IMG/VR virus record: IMGVR_UViG_3300049595_005065
Strand: one strand, 5' to 3'
Source of the DNA: a virus
Taxonomy: Duplodnaviria > Caudoviricetes
DNA length: 64,000 nt
A program made the position numbers and the translations under genes. Below the pieces are notes generated by a model. It was not told the DNA's origin, did no database searches, and saw only the letters and a list, made by a program, of their open reading frames with translations. Positions 1 to 9,173 of this stretch are shown here, piece after piece (within the stretch, counting starts at the first letter, position 1; each line of letters starts with the position of its first letter).

Positions 1-7
1 GGTTTTC

Positions 8-316
8 ATGAGCCTGAACTTGACCATCCAGACGCTCAAGCACGTGCCCCTGCTGGACGTGTGCGCCGAGCTGCCAGAAGAACTTTTTGAATTTGTCATG
101 GAGCGCCTGCACGATAGCGACTTGTCCTGGGGCAGCAACGCTAACACGTTTGCGTACAAGAGCCACCTGCGCTATGTAATTGAAGCTGCCTGGGTGGACT
201 GGCGAAGCGACGATGACAAGGATCCTGATATGCTCGTCGCCCACAGCGCCTTTCGAGACGCGCTGGCCGCCCTGGACGCGCTTCCCAACGACGTGTTTAT
301 TTCTCTGGGAGGCTGA
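8..316 (+). CDS. hypothetical phage protein
   Basis: 102-aa ORF at the head of a tightly packed + strand run; no motif recognised. Confidence 0.65.
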   Translation: MSLNLTIQTLKHVPLLDVCAELPEELFEFVMERLHDSDLSWGSNANTFAYKSHLRYVIEAAWVDWRSDDDKDPDMLVAHSAFRDALAALDALPNDVFISLGG

Positions 317-317
317 C

Positions 318-644
318 GTGGAAACCGTTGAGCACGACAATTATCAGGTCTCTGAACGCGTCGTGCTCGTCAAGGGCGACGTGTTCCGGGCTAGCGGCGG
401 GCCGTACTACGTCATGCGTGACGAAACCGGCAAGAAGGTAAAATCGTCTATGGCGGCCAAGGGGCCGTTCAAGTTTCAACGATACTGCGCTCGCGGCCGC
501 AAAAAATGGATTGAGGCGATCAGTATCAAGGAAGGCGGGTTCGTCGTGCTGCCGCTGACCAAGTGGCGCACGCTCGACCTGCCGAACTTCGTCAACAGAC
601 CGTACAAGATCCTCGGTAAGAAACGCCCACCCAAAAAGAGGTGA
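318..644 (+). CDS. basic hypothetical protein
   Basis: GTG start at 318 after GGAGG (308-312), in frame with ORF 180..644. Confidence 0.7.
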   Translation: METVEHDNYQVSERVVLVKGDVFRASGGPYYVMRDETGKKVKSSMAAKGPFKFQRYCARGRKKWIEAISIKEGGFVVLPLTKWRTLDLPNFVNRPYKILGKKRPPKKR

Positions 645-647
645 CGC

Positions 648-812
648 ATGTCTCGCACACGCAAGCGCCCCTACACAGGCTCGAAACGATTCGACACCAG
701 CTGCCGCTGCCACGGCAGCTGCGGTTATTGCCGCAACAACCGGCTGCACAGCACGCAACAGCGGCGCAGCGCAGCCGACGAGCAGCTTCGCGACTACCGC
801 CGCGCGGGCTGA
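648..812 (+). CDS. 54-aa Cys/His-rich basic protein (possible zinc-binding)
   Basis: Not in the ORF track (<60 aa); translated by hand as MSRTRKRPYTGSKRFDTSCRCHGSCGYCRNNRLH...; fills the gap exactly. Confidence 0.7.
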   Translation: MSRTRKRPYTGSKRFDTSCRCHGSCGYCRNNRLHSTQQRRSAADEQLRDYRRAG

Positions 813-813
813 A

Positions 814-842
814 GTTAACGCGCCTCCGTGCGATAAACTAAT
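814..842 (+). promoter_or_regulatory. putative phage promoter GTTAACGCGCCT-N8-TAAACTAAT
   Basis: Same box, spacing and -10-like element recur at 16306-16334; followed by GGAGG RBS and ATG. Confidence 0.6.
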
Positions 843-861
843 TATCGTACGGAGGTGTGCT

Positions 862-1314
862 ATGAACTTTGAGATTCGCATCAAAGATATCAATCGGTTG
901 GCGCTCACGGACGTGACGGCCATCATGAGCCGCCTGTCCTGGCCGGACTCTGGTAGCGACAGTTCGATTCAAAAAGAGCTGATTAAACGCTACGTTCACC
1001 CAACACCGGGGCCACACCCGCCCATGTGGTTGGCGATGGTCTGGCAAAACGGTTTTTTCGTCAGCTGGGTCGGCACCCGGATGTGGCCCGAGAAGTTCAA
1101 GGGCAACCCCGTGATGGCGCAGACGGTCGAGTGCTTCACCGATCCTGAGTGCCGCCGCCACGGGCTTGCCCGGCTGGGGCTTCAAGCGCTGATCTCCGCA
1201 GGCCTGTTACATCGCGATAGGATCGTCTCGGTCTACGCCCCAGAGGTCGTCAAGATGGCCCAGCAGTGTGGCTGCAAGACAGTTATCCTCTGCCACCCCG
1301 AGGAGGAAACATGA
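862..1314 (+). CDS. GNAT-family acetyltransferase-like protein
   Basis: Acetyl-CoA motif A-like VECFTDPECRRHGLARLGL; GGAGG RBS. Confidence 0.6.
   Translation: MNFEIRIKDINRLALTDVTAIMSRLSWPDSGSDSSIQKELIKRYVHPTPGPHPPMWLAMVWQNGFFVSWVGTRMWPEKFKGNPVMAQTVECFTDPECRRHGLARLGLQALISAGLLHRDRIVSVYAPEVVKMAQQCGCKTVILCHPEEET
883..894. repeat. dispersed palindrome site, near-match AAAGATATCAAT
   Basis: 1 mismatch to AWAGATATCTWT; encodes KDIN. Confidence 0.7.
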
Positions 1315-1529
1315 AGCGTTACCACGAAGAACAGCACATCGTTGCGCGGCGAGAGCGGCAGTACGTCTCTGCGCACGAGCACTCCCCGCGCACTCCCGGC
1401 CGGTTCCGCAAGACGCACATCGGTTGCAACCGAGCGTCCTGCCAGCTGTGCCACCCCGAGAAATTTCCCCGAAGAATTCCCACCCGCAAGGAGCAGCAAG
1501 CTCTGCGCGACCTTAACCCGGAGGAATAA
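1311..1529 (+). CDS. small Cys-containing hypothetical protein
   Basis: ATG 1311 after GAGGAGG; GRFRKTHIGCNRASCQLCH. Confidence 0.7.
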   Translation: MKRYHEEQHIVARRERQYVSAHEHSPRTPGRFRKTHIGCNRASCQLCHPEKFPRRIPTRKEQQALRDLNPEE

Positions 1530-2242
1530 TGGGCTCGCACTTTTCGAGCACCACGTTTGACGGCAAACTCAATAGCACAGAATTGCGGCGCCAGTACGAC
1601 GCCTATATCACCGAGCTCCTGCACGAGCGCGGCACCGACGCCTACAACGGCACTTTGACGACCACCAGCGGTTTGATCATCGAAGACCGTGTTTTTGACA
1701 CGGAACAGGCGGCCAGCGATTACGTGGCCAGCAACACGCAAAAGTGGCAAGAAGCGCGAGCCGTAAAGTTTCGCGACGTTCGCACTGAAGACGACAAGCA
1801 GCCGACCTACAACGGGCAGCCGTTGCGTTTTGGCATCGGATTGCTTGCAGGCGGCGTGACCCTGCGCAGCGTCACGGTGGCGTATGTCGACCGCGCGCGG
1901 CACCTCATTCCGGCCGATCAGCTTCCCGCGGCGCACAAGGCCAAGGCCGTTGCGCTGTACACGGACTACTCTGATAAGTCTGCGGCATACACCCGGCTGC
2001 GCGGACAAATTGACCAGCTCGTCACGGAAAAGATCCAGAACGTCAAGGCCGAGCTGCCGACCACCGCCGACTACGCCGAACTTAAGCGGTTGCTGAAGCA
2101 GCGCAAGCGCGCCTATCTCGCTATGGAGAAGGCCTGCACAAAGATGCAGGAGTTTGATATCAAACAGGCGGCCAAGATTTACAGCACCAAGCAGGTCGAC
2201 CACGGAATCAAATGGTTCGTGGGCGGCTGGGCTGCCGAGTGA
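1529..2242 (+). CDS. hypothetical protein
   Basis: 237-aa ORF coupled by TAATG overlap. Confidence 0.75.
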   Translation: MGSHFSSTTFDGKLNSTELRRQYDAYITELLHERGTDAYNGTLTTTSGLIIEDRVFDTEQAASDYVASNTQKWQEARAVKFRDVRTEDDKQPTYNGQPLRFGIGLLAGGVTLRSVTVAYVDRARHLIPADQLPAAHKAKAVALYTDYSDKSAAYTRLRGQIDQLVTEKIQNVKAELPTTADYAELKRLLKQRKRAYLAMEKACTKMQEFDIKQAAKIYSTKQVDHGIKWFVGGWAAE

Positions 2243-2270
2243 CCCTAACCACACACAGAAGGAGAACCTC

Positions 2271-2582
2271 ATGGACCCCGTGAAGCAAATTCAGGACTGC
2301 GGCCTCGCCCTGGCGGACGCCGTGAAGCGCGAGATGGACCTCGAGAACCGGCGGCATACTGTCAAGCTGGGCGCGATCGACCGTATCATGAAGTCGGGCG
2401 ACAACCCGCTCACCGGCAAGGCCCACAGCTACAGCTCGGCCGAGGCGCTGGTCACGACCGACCAGCAGTACGCCGAGTACCTGGATGAGATCGCCAACGC
2501 CGTGCGCGTGAAGATCATTGCCAAGGCCCAGTACGACGCGGCCCTCGCGGCGGCCCGGCTCGTGGCTGAGGTGGCGGCGTGA
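2271..2582 (+). CDS. hypothetical helical protein
   Basis: ATG 2271 after AGGAG; in frame with ORF 2154..2582. Confidence 0.75.
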   Translation: MDPVKQIQDCGLALADAVKREMDLENRRHTVKLGAIDRIMKSGDNPLTGKAHSYSSAEALVTTDQQYAEYLDEIANAVRVKIIAKAQYDAALAAARLVAEVAA

Positions 2583-2926
2583 CGACCGAAACCAAGCCAG
2601 CTGCCGTCGGATTGCAGGCCGTCAAAGACGCCGTCAAGAATTTTGAGCAGGTGCAGAAAAAGTACCGCGAATACGGCGCGACCGACACCGAGCCAGACGC
2701 TATTTTCCAGGGCATCCTCTGGAAGGTGATCAACGACGAGGACACCAACATCCCGATGTCCGGCGCTGGTTGGGAGCTGTATGCCAGCAGCATGGACTGC
2801 ACCGAGGCGGCCGACGCGCTGCATCTGGCTGCGCTGGGCGCCGTGCAGGCGATTTTTGCCTGCCGGATGGCCGATCGGCGCGAACTGCGGAAGTATCTCA
2901 GGGACGTGTGCTGGAGGTACAACTAA
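2579..2926 (+). CDS. hypothetical protein
   Basis: GTGA overlap with upstream stop. Confidence 0.7.
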   Translation: MTTETKPAAVGLQAVKDAVKNFEQVQKKYREYGATDTEPDAIFQGILWKVINDEDTNIPMSGAGWELYASSMDCTEAADALHLAALGAVQAIFACRMADRRELRKYLRDVCWRYN

Positions 2927-2928
2927 CC

Positions 2929-3306
2929 ATGAACATCGCCATCGCCGAGCGCTGGGTCGAGGCCTTGCGCTCGGGTAAGTACACTCAGGGCAAGAACCTG
3001 CTCAAGCAAAAATACGAGTCTGGTCAGATCGCATATTGCTGCTTGGGCGTGCTCTGCGAACTGTATATGCACGACCACCCTGACAACCCGTTTCAGCCCG
3101 CGCTGCAGCTTGAAATGCCAAAAGCAGATTCAGACAACGGTGATCGGTACGTGTTTGGCTCTGATTGCGAGATCCCGCCAGCGGCAATTCAGAAGTGGGC
3201 GGGCATCTACAGGCCTTCCTGCGTAGAGCTGGCCGAATTTAACGACAGCGGCGAAAGCTTTGACGAGCTGGCCGACCGAATCAGCGAATACGCCGAGCGC
3301 CTCTAA
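2929..3306 (+). CDS. phage hypothetical protein (WVEALRSGKYTQG...CCLGVLC type)
   Basis: ATG 2929 in frame with ORF 2770..3306; pattern recalled from phage proteins. Confidence 0.75.
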   Translation: MNIAIAERWVEALRSGKYTQGKNLLKQKYESGQIAYCCLGVLCELYMHDHPDNPFQPALQLEMPKADSDNGDRYVFGSDCEIPPAAIQKWAGIYRPSCVELAEFNDSGESFDELADRISEYAERL

Positions 3307-3761
3307 TGCCCCGCGTCTCAAACAAAAAAGCACGGGAGTACGTGAAGCGCCAGCAGCCGTTTCGCGGCTCGAATATCTTCGCCCGCGATTTGCGCAACGG
3401 CGCGTATTGCGTCTGGTCCTACACAGAAGACTGGCCGCTCTATCTGCGCTGGCGCGGTAACTGGTTCGGCAACGACGGCTGGTATTCGCGGACAACGTAT
3501 CGGCACAAAACGCTGCTGTGTCCCAGCGACAAGGTCAACTGGCTGCCGCGCTCAGTGCTGCAGATGTTCGTGGCATATTGCAACGCAAATGGCTACCAAC
3601 ACCAAAGCTCGCCGCTGAATTACGTGCTCCAGGTTGCCGGGCTCGCCCCGGAAACTACGTCGCCGCCGAGCGAGCTGGAGATCCCCGAGATCACGACGCA
3701 CCCGGCCCGTACCGCAGTGGACTGGGGCGCGGTTCACCGGCGTCGGCTGATGCCGGTCTGA
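3306..3761 (+). CDS. hypothetical protein
   Basis: TAATG coupling; 151 aa; ends convergent with terminase. Confidence 0.7.
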   Translation: MPRVSNKKAREYVKRQQPFRGSNIFARDLRNGAYCVWSYTEDWPLYLRWRGNWFGNDGWYSRTTYRHKTLLCPSDKVNWLPRSVLQMFVAYCNANGYQHQSSPLNYVLQVAGLAPETTSPPSELEIPEITTHPARTAVDWGAVHRRRLMPV

Positions 3762-3778
3762 ATAGATATCTATTCAGA
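3757..3778. repeat. perfect 22-bp palindrome TCTGAATAGATATCTATTCAGA containing the dispersed 12-mer
   Basis: Read directly; spans the junction of two convergent genes. Confidence 0.95.
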
Positions 3779-5699
3779 ACCCGCCGAAGAACCTGTCGCC
3801 CAGGTCATCATCGGCCCAGTTGTCCGGGTTCTCGGCGGCTACAGTCTGAGCACTGAGCCGACCGAGCCCGGCGATCTCGGCGAAGTTCGGCAGGGCCTGG
3901 TTGATATGCCAGAGCGCGTTCGTGCCGAAGTTCACGCTCTGGGCGAAGTCGTCCGAGAGCAGCACGTTCCGGGTGATCGTGTAGATGTCCCCGGATGACC
4001 GCGACTCGGTCTTGTTCTCGATGAGAGACAGGAAGTCGGCGATCAGTCCCGGGTTATCCTGCGCGATCCAGTCGTACTGAAAGAACCTGACCTGCTTGAG
4101 CTTGATCGCCTGACAGGTGTACAGGAGCGAACGCGTCTTGTCGAGCGAGTAATGCGCGCGGTGGTTGAACGCCGTGGGTGGCTTGTAAACCATTAGGTCC
4201 TGCGCCGCCGAGCGGCACAACCGAATCGCCATGACCCGGTCCAGGTTGAAACCCGCCTGGACCATCACTGTTTCGCGCACGGTTCCGGCGCCGGTGTAAT
4301 CGTGCGTGACAAAGTCGCACCGAAACATCTGCGAGTACTTCATGCACTCGACAGCTTCGGCCAGGTGTTCGCCGCCCAACATGAGCCGCTTGCCCCAGAG
4401 CACGTCGATCACGCCGTCGTGGCGGAAGCCCAAAATCGAGATCACCGTAAAGGAAACGCCCTCTTCGCCGCCGCCGCCCCAGTCGATTGCCAGGATCCGA
4501 TGCTTGTATTCGTCAAGATCTTTGAGGCACTCGGGCTCAGGCTCGCGCTTGTTCTCCCAAGGGAGCAGGCAGGCATTGCGCAGGTCGGTCTCTGTGACGA
4601 GCTTCTGCCCGGCGTCAATCGATTCGCCGAGCACCTCGTTGTAGAACTGCGCCTGCGTGTAGTTAAAACCTTCGCGCTTTTGAAGCAACGTCGCCCACTT
4701 GTCGGGATCGGCGTAGTGGAGCGGCAGTAGCAACTGCGGCACGTGATAACCCGCGAAGTTCCATCGGCGATCCGGATGCCGATGCACCCAGCGGCCGTGC
4801 CTCGGATTAATCGGCTTTTGGCACTTGGCGCAAACCGTGGCGGGAGCCTTCTCGCTGATGTCGTCCCGGTATGGGCCGATCATTGCGTCGAGGTCGTGCT
4901 CACGAGACGGGATGTTCCAGTGCCGACAGTGCGTGCATGGAATGAACCACTCGGCCGCCGAGCTGCGCTGGTACAGACCCTCGAGCGGGTTGTCCAGCGT
5001 CTTCGGAGTGCCAGTGAAATGGCTCATCGCAAAACGGGAATACGACATCGTCTCCTGGATAATCGGAATGTGGTCGGGGTCCATGTCCTGGACTTCGTCG
5101 ATGCACATCCGGTCGCTGGACACACCGCGCACCCGGTCCGCGTCGAGCATCGCGTAGCTGAACAGCATCATGCTCTTGTTCTTGAACGAACGTTGAAGCA
5201 CGTTGTTGTCGGTTTCGCTGCCGCACCACTGCGCCTTGATCGGGCTCTGCTCAATGAAGCTCCGCACGTAGTTGTTTGAGAAGCGGCGGATCTGCTCAAA
5301 GAGCGGCGTGACGTACAGCGTTTTGAAGAACGGAATCGAGTTGGCTACCACCACACCATGCGCCGCCAACGAGGTGGATTTTGAAAGCTGGCGCCCCGTC
5401 TTCCAGACCTGGCTCTTTGGCATCAGCACCCTGAACAGGGGCGCAAAGGGAAAGTGGTCGTGGATCGAGTACGGCTTGCCGTTCAGGTTCAGCACCAACG
5501 GTAGGATTGGCTCCAGAGACGGAAACGCACGCTGCTCGGCCAGCGCCTTGAGCACCTGCGTCCGCTCATTTGCAGACTTCTGGTCGGTCACGTTAATACC
5601 GGCCAGTTCTTCAAGCAGCGCCCGAACCCCGGTACCGGGAACTTTGTGCGCTGCAATATCTAGCGGGTTCACCGCCCGCGTATCTATCGATGGTGACAT
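3774..5699 (-). CDS. terL: terminase large subunit, lambda GpA-like
   Basis: Walker A-like KTGRQLSKST, Walker B MCIDEVQDM, coupling motif FTGTP, Zn-binding WFIPCTHC and CAKC, nuclease LAIDWG; ATG at 5699 (track start 5708 is TTG). Confidence 0.9.
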   Translation of the reverse strand: MSPSIDTRAVNPLDIAAHKVPGTGVRALLEELAGINVTDQKSANERTQVLKALAEQRAFPSLEPILPLVLNLNGKPYSIHDHFPFAPLFRVLMPKSQVWKTGRQLSKSTSLAAHGVVVANSIPFFKTLYVTPLFEQIRRFSNNYVRSFIEQSPIKAQWCGSETDNNVLQRSFKNKSMMLFSYAMLDADRVRGVSSDRMCIDEVQDMDPDHIPIIQETMSYSRFAMSHFTGTPKTLDNPLEGLYQRSSAAEWFIPCTHCRHWNIPSREHDLDAMIGPYRDDISEKAPATVCAKCQKPINPRHGRWVHRHPDRRWNFAGYHVPQLLLPLHYADPDKWATLLQKREGFNYTQAQFYNEVLGESIDAGQKLVTETDLRNACLLPWENKREPEPECLKDLDEYKHRILAIDWGGGGEEGVSFTVISILGFRHDGVIDVLWGKRLMLGGEHLAEAVECMKYSQMFRCDFVTHDYTGAGTVRETVMVQAGFNLDRVMAIRLCRSAAQDLMVYKPPTAFNHRAHYSLDKTRSLLYTCQAIKLKQVRFFQYDWIAQDNPGLIADFLSLIENKTESRSSGDIYTITRNVLLSDDFAQSVNFGTNALWHINQALPNFAEIAGLGRLSAQTVAAENPDNWADDDLGDRFFGGF

Positions 5700-5935
5700 A
5701 TGTCTCAATATCAGAACGGCGGTCGTTATCGCCAGTCAAAAAACGAGGGCGAACTGCAGTGGCTCGAAGACGGAATTCATATCCTGTTTTTCGTCGTCGG
5801 GGGTTCTGTGTCAACTTTGTTGCGTTGTTTGACGACGTTTCTTTTTGGCGCTCGCTAAAAAGAGGCTGTAACAGCCGCTGCGCCTGGATGAGTATACTCA
5901 AGGGTGACTTGTCCGGGTCTTTTGGAGAACAAAGC

Positions 5936-6163
5936 ATGGCAAACATTGGGCACAGTGCAAAGCTGTATCAGGAGCGGCGACAACCGCAAATTCGGCCAAC
6001 GCTGCGCGGGCCTGGCCCGCAGATTTACTTGCCTGATAATGCGGCAAACCACCTCAAGTTAGAAGCGCCGCTACCGCTTCCCACACTGCTTCGCGATGAG
6101 CCTTGCAACCCGGCCGACACCAAGACGCAGGTGTGGCCACATGGAGATGAATACGCACCGTGA
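5936..6163 (+). CDS. hypothetical protein
   Basis: ATG 5936 after GGAG; stop overlaps next start (GTGA). Confidence 0.5.
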   Translation: MANIGHSAKLYQERRQPQIRPTLRGPGPQIYLPDNAANHLKLEAPLPLPTLLRDEPCNPADTKTQVWPHGDEYAP

Positions 6164-6348
6164 GTAACTCGACGGAATTTGTTGGTTCTTTTCTTTTTAT
6201 TGGTGGCGGATTATTGGCCGTCAGTACGCTCGGCTGGCTTTGCGGCATTCACACGTTTGTTGACTTTCTTGCCGCTGGTTTTGCGGTTTATATGCTGTTG
6301 CGGCTAACAAACGCTTTGGATGCCCAAAGCGCGCGACACCGGAGGTAA
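6160..6348 (+). CDS. small two-TM membrane protein
   Basis: Two hydrophobic segments in 62 aa. Confidence 0.65.
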   Translation: MSNSTEFVGSFLFIGGGLLAVSTLGWLCGIHTFVDFLAAGFAVYMLLRLTNALDAQSARHRR

Positions 6349-6350
6349 CC

Positions 6351-6764
6351 ATGCCCGCGCTGTTCGATTTTTGCGCGGTGGTCTTGGCAACGGGAGCAAT
6401 TATCGAATGCTGGCACAAAGGTTCGATCTTTGCTGATTTGCGCGCCCGGGCTCAGGCGCTCCAAGACGTGACCGACCCAGACACGATCAAAGGCAAACTG
6501 CTGGAGCTGCTGATGTGCCCGTTTTGCAAGAGCTACCACGCGCCGTTTTGGTTGCTCGGTGTGCTCTTGCTGTCCGACTGGACGGGCGCTACGATCGGCC
6601 TTTTGGCGCGCCTTGTGATCTACTCGCTCGCGGCGACGCGGGCTTCAAATTTGTTGGACGGTTTTTTGCCGCCCCGTATGCGTTACGACCCGCCTTTTGA
6701 AGGAGAAACCTATGTCCCAGTCCGAGAATCCGTCGGAGATTCAGCCCGAACGCCTGCCGTTTGA
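6351..6764 (+). CDS. membrane protein, DUF1360-like
   Basis: GGAGG RBS; hydrophobic helices around LLMCPFCKSY (CxxC). Confidence 0.6.
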   Translation: MPALFDFCAVVLATGAIIECWHKGSIFADLRARAQALQDVTDPDTIKGKLLELLMCPFCKSYHAPFWLLGVLLLSDWTGATIGLLARLVIYSLAATRASNLLDGFLPPRMRYDPPFEGETYVPVRESVGDSARTPAV

Positions 6765-7095
6765 CGTCGAGCTGTACAAGCGCGCCGAAGAGTTTTGCAA
6801 CGCCGCGCTGACTGCCGTGCCCGAGCTGCACGGCATCGCTATTGTCCCGCTTTGGAACGGCCCCATGACGGAAGCACCACCCGGCATGGTCCGCTTGCGC
6901 AACCCGCAGCCGCCCTACCTCCCGAGCCTGATGCAGCTGCTCAAGCGCATGGCTGCGTTTAACGTCGAAGTTCATCGCGACCTGGTAAATCAGCTCCAGA
7001 TGTACGACCGTTACGCCGCTGAGCTGGCTCAGCAGATCAAGGCGCGACAGGACGAGCTCGCTGCTGCGCAGCAGGCAGGTTCAACCAATGCCTGA
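6712..7095 (+). CDS. hypothetical coiled-coil protein
   Basis: ATG 6712 after AAGGAG. Confidence 0.7.
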   Translation: MSQSENPSEIQPERLPFDVELYKRAEEFCNAALTAVPELHGIAIVPLWNGPMTEAPPGMVRLRNPQPPYLPSLMQLLKRMAAFNVEVHRDLVNQLQMYDRYAAELAQQIKARQDELAAAQQAGSTNA

Positions 7096-7390
7096 TCCAA
7101 ACCAATTGACTACCGAAATCAGCGTCGGCGCCGACAATGAGACGCTCGTCGATTTCCTGGAAAACCAATACGGGAAACTCGAGGCAGGCGAGGCCCGCGC
7201 CGCGTTGGAGGATCAGTATTCAACCGTCTGGAATGAAGACGAGTTGCAGGCTGCGTTTTCGGTGCACGAGATCGTGCCGCCGTACGTTTACGTCGTTCAC
7301 AAAGAAAGCGGCCAGACCGGCACGCTGATTTACGTGGACAGCCCGCGGTTCTACTTCCTGTTCAACCCCGAGATCAAAAATGGCGAGTGA
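7088..7390 (+). CDS. hypothetical protein of a planctomycete-type family
   Basis: LEDQYSTVWNEDEL...GTLIYVDSPRFYF pattern recalled from Planctomycetota proteins. Confidence 0.7.
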   Translation: MPDPNQLTTEISVGADNETLVDFLENQYGKLEAGEARAALEDQYSTVWNEDELQAAFSVHEIVPPYVYVVHKESGQTGTLIYVDSPRFYFLFNPEIKNGE

Positions 7391-7838
7391 AGGACGGCAC
7401 CACTTCGACACCGGCGCAGTTCGTTCGGCGGACGTCGACGAGGAGCGCTGGGATCTGATCAGCCCGATCGGCTTGCGGGCCCTGGCCCGGACCTATGCCG
7501 AGGGCGCCCGGAAGTTCGGCGCGAACAACTGGGAGAACGGCATGCCCGTCACGGACCTGCTCAACCATGCGCTCGCTCACGTCTACAAGTTCTTGGCGGG
7601 CGACCGTGCGGAAGACCACCTTCCCCACGCTGCTTGGAACATCCTGGGCGCCATCCACTCGCTGGAGCAGTGGCCGGAACTGAATGAGGGCTTGCTGCGT
7701 GGGCCAGGCTGTACTTGCCCGCCCGCCGCCGCGGAGCTCTCGGCTAACGGTGAAAAGATATCTTTGGGCCCGGATGAGGTCAGGCAGCGGCTGGAGCAGC
7801 TTTCAAAGAAGCAGCCCAGCTACACCAGCTCAACCTGA
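7380..7838 (+). CDS. dATP/dGTP diphosphohydrolase (DUF5664 / dGTP_diPhyd_N-like)
   Basis: RWDLISP...EGARKFGANNWENGM...HAL.H....GD..EDHL.HAAWN signature. Confidence 0.85.
   Translation: MASEGRHHFDTGAVRSADVDEERWDLISPIGLRALARTYAEGARKFGANNWENGMPVTDLLNHALAHVYKFLAGDRAEDHLPHAAWNILGAIHSLEQWPELNEGLLRGPGCTCPPAAAELSANGEKISLGPDEVRQRLEQLSKKQPSYTSST
7754..7765. repeat. dispersed palindrome site AAAGATATCTTT
   Basis: Exact; inside CDS, reads E-K-I-S-L. Confidence 0.9.
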
Positions 7839-8750
7839 TCATTCGAGGTTGCCCTCCGCGTCAGCGCCCTTGAACTTCGAATCAGGCGTCAAGCGCGGAA
7901 TCTTGTCGCATGGCATATCGGTCCGCACGATTCGCGGATCGATATACTTCCGCGTCACCGAGGAGTTCGAGTGGTCCAGCAGCCGCGTCGCGTCGCCGCC
8001 TGCCTGCTCAAAGTAGGTTGCGACGGTGCGCCGGATGCGGTGGAACTTGCTGCGCTGGTCCCGCGGCAGCCCGGCCTGTTTGAGGATGTAGTTCAGCTTG
8101 TAGTAGATGTGCGTCGACCACTGCGGCCACTCGAAGACCAGCGCTCGCTGGGGCCGCCCCTCGGTGAGCTGACGGATCGTCGCCGTCGTGTCGGGCGCCA
8201 GCTCGAACAGCAGATCGCGCATCTTGTTCTTGCGCAGCTCGGCGGGGATGACCAGCACACCACGGTTCAAGTCGAGGTTGCGAACCCGCACACCCATCAG
8301 CGCGCCGATGCGTTCGCCCGTGTCCCAGATGGCCAGGATCAGTCCGCGCCACCAGAGGCTCGCCGGATAGTCGCCGACCTTGTAATTGAGCGCTGCGACG
8401 GCAGCCATGATGCGGGACATCTCTTCGATGGTCCACGCCTGCGGAACGCGCTCGGGAACCCGAATAGGCGGTAGAGTCGGAAAATCCGCTGTCTTGTGCC
8501 TTCTCGCCGCAAGGTTCCACAGCGCAGCGATCTGCGACCTATCCTTGGCTACCGTCCCCTGGCTTGCGCCCCTGGCAAGTCTTGCGCGCAGGAACTTCCC
8601 CACCGCGATGTCGGTGAGGTCGTCAAACGTGGGCGTGTGCCCAAGAAACTCACGGAAGCGATCGAGGGTTTGACGGTACAGCTCTGCGGTCCGCGGCGAC
8701 ACGTTGCGCAGCGGAACGTACACATCGTTCAACCAGTCGTAAAGGTCCAT
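7839..8750 (-). CDS. int: tyrosine recombinase / integrase
   Basis: Catalytic set R (DTGERIG), K (KNK), HxxR (FHRIRRT), H (LLDHS), Y (TRKY); SAM-like N-terminus. Confidence 0.92.
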   Translation of the reverse strand: MDLYDWLNDVYVPLRNVSPRTAELYRQTLDRFREFLGHTPTFDDLTDIAVGKFLRARLARGASQGTVAKDRSQIAALWNLAARRHKTADFPTLPPIRVPERVPQAWTIEEMSRIMAAVAALNYKVGDYPASLWWRGLILAIWDTGERIGALMGVRVRNLDLNRGVLVIPAELRKNKMRDLLFELAPDTTATIRQLTEGRPQRALVFEWPQWSTHIYYKLNYILKQAGLPRDQRSKFHRIRRTVATYFEQAGGDATRLLDHSNSSVTRKYIDPRIVRTDMPCDKIPRLTPDSKFKGADAEGNLE

Positions 8751-9061
8751 GAAAATACCCGGGTTTACAGCGGCGCATGTTCACGGCATCAGCTCCTGTG
8801 CGCTGGTGGGTGCAGTATGGCACTGCGATCCGAGTAGGGTTTCTGCCTACCCCACACATTGCACAAGTATCGGCAGCCAAAACCGTGAAGTTTCGACAGC
8901 CATCCGTGTCGGCACCCAGCCTGGGTTATCCGGAGTAGGCCGCGTAAACGACCGACTCACCATCATGGATACAACCGGAACATCCGGCCAAAAAAGTTTT
9001 TGATCTGAGGTGAAAGCTTCAACTTTCTCTCAAGATCGGAAGATTGTCCTCTCCGTTCGAA

Positions 9062-9173
9062 CCGCCCACAAGGGTGGAAGAGTCGGATATTCCCTTATCC
9101 GTTCCACCCAGAAGAGGCGGAAAACGGGCCTTTCCTGGCCCGGCGCGACCGGTACGCGCGCTTTCAAGCGCGC
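9062..9173. other. three consecutive hairpins between int and the HTH gene
   Basis: Nested stems CCGCC/GGCGG, GGGTGGAA/TTCCACCC, CGGATA/TATCCG (9062-9120); CGGGCC/GGCCCG (9125-9142); GCGCGC/GCGCGC (9156-9173). Confidence 0.6.

Noticed and set aside
9044-9070. GTTCGAAC T-loop-like sequence suggesting a tRNA or attP near the integrase
   Set aside because: Flanks form no T stem on either strand and there is no cloverleaf.
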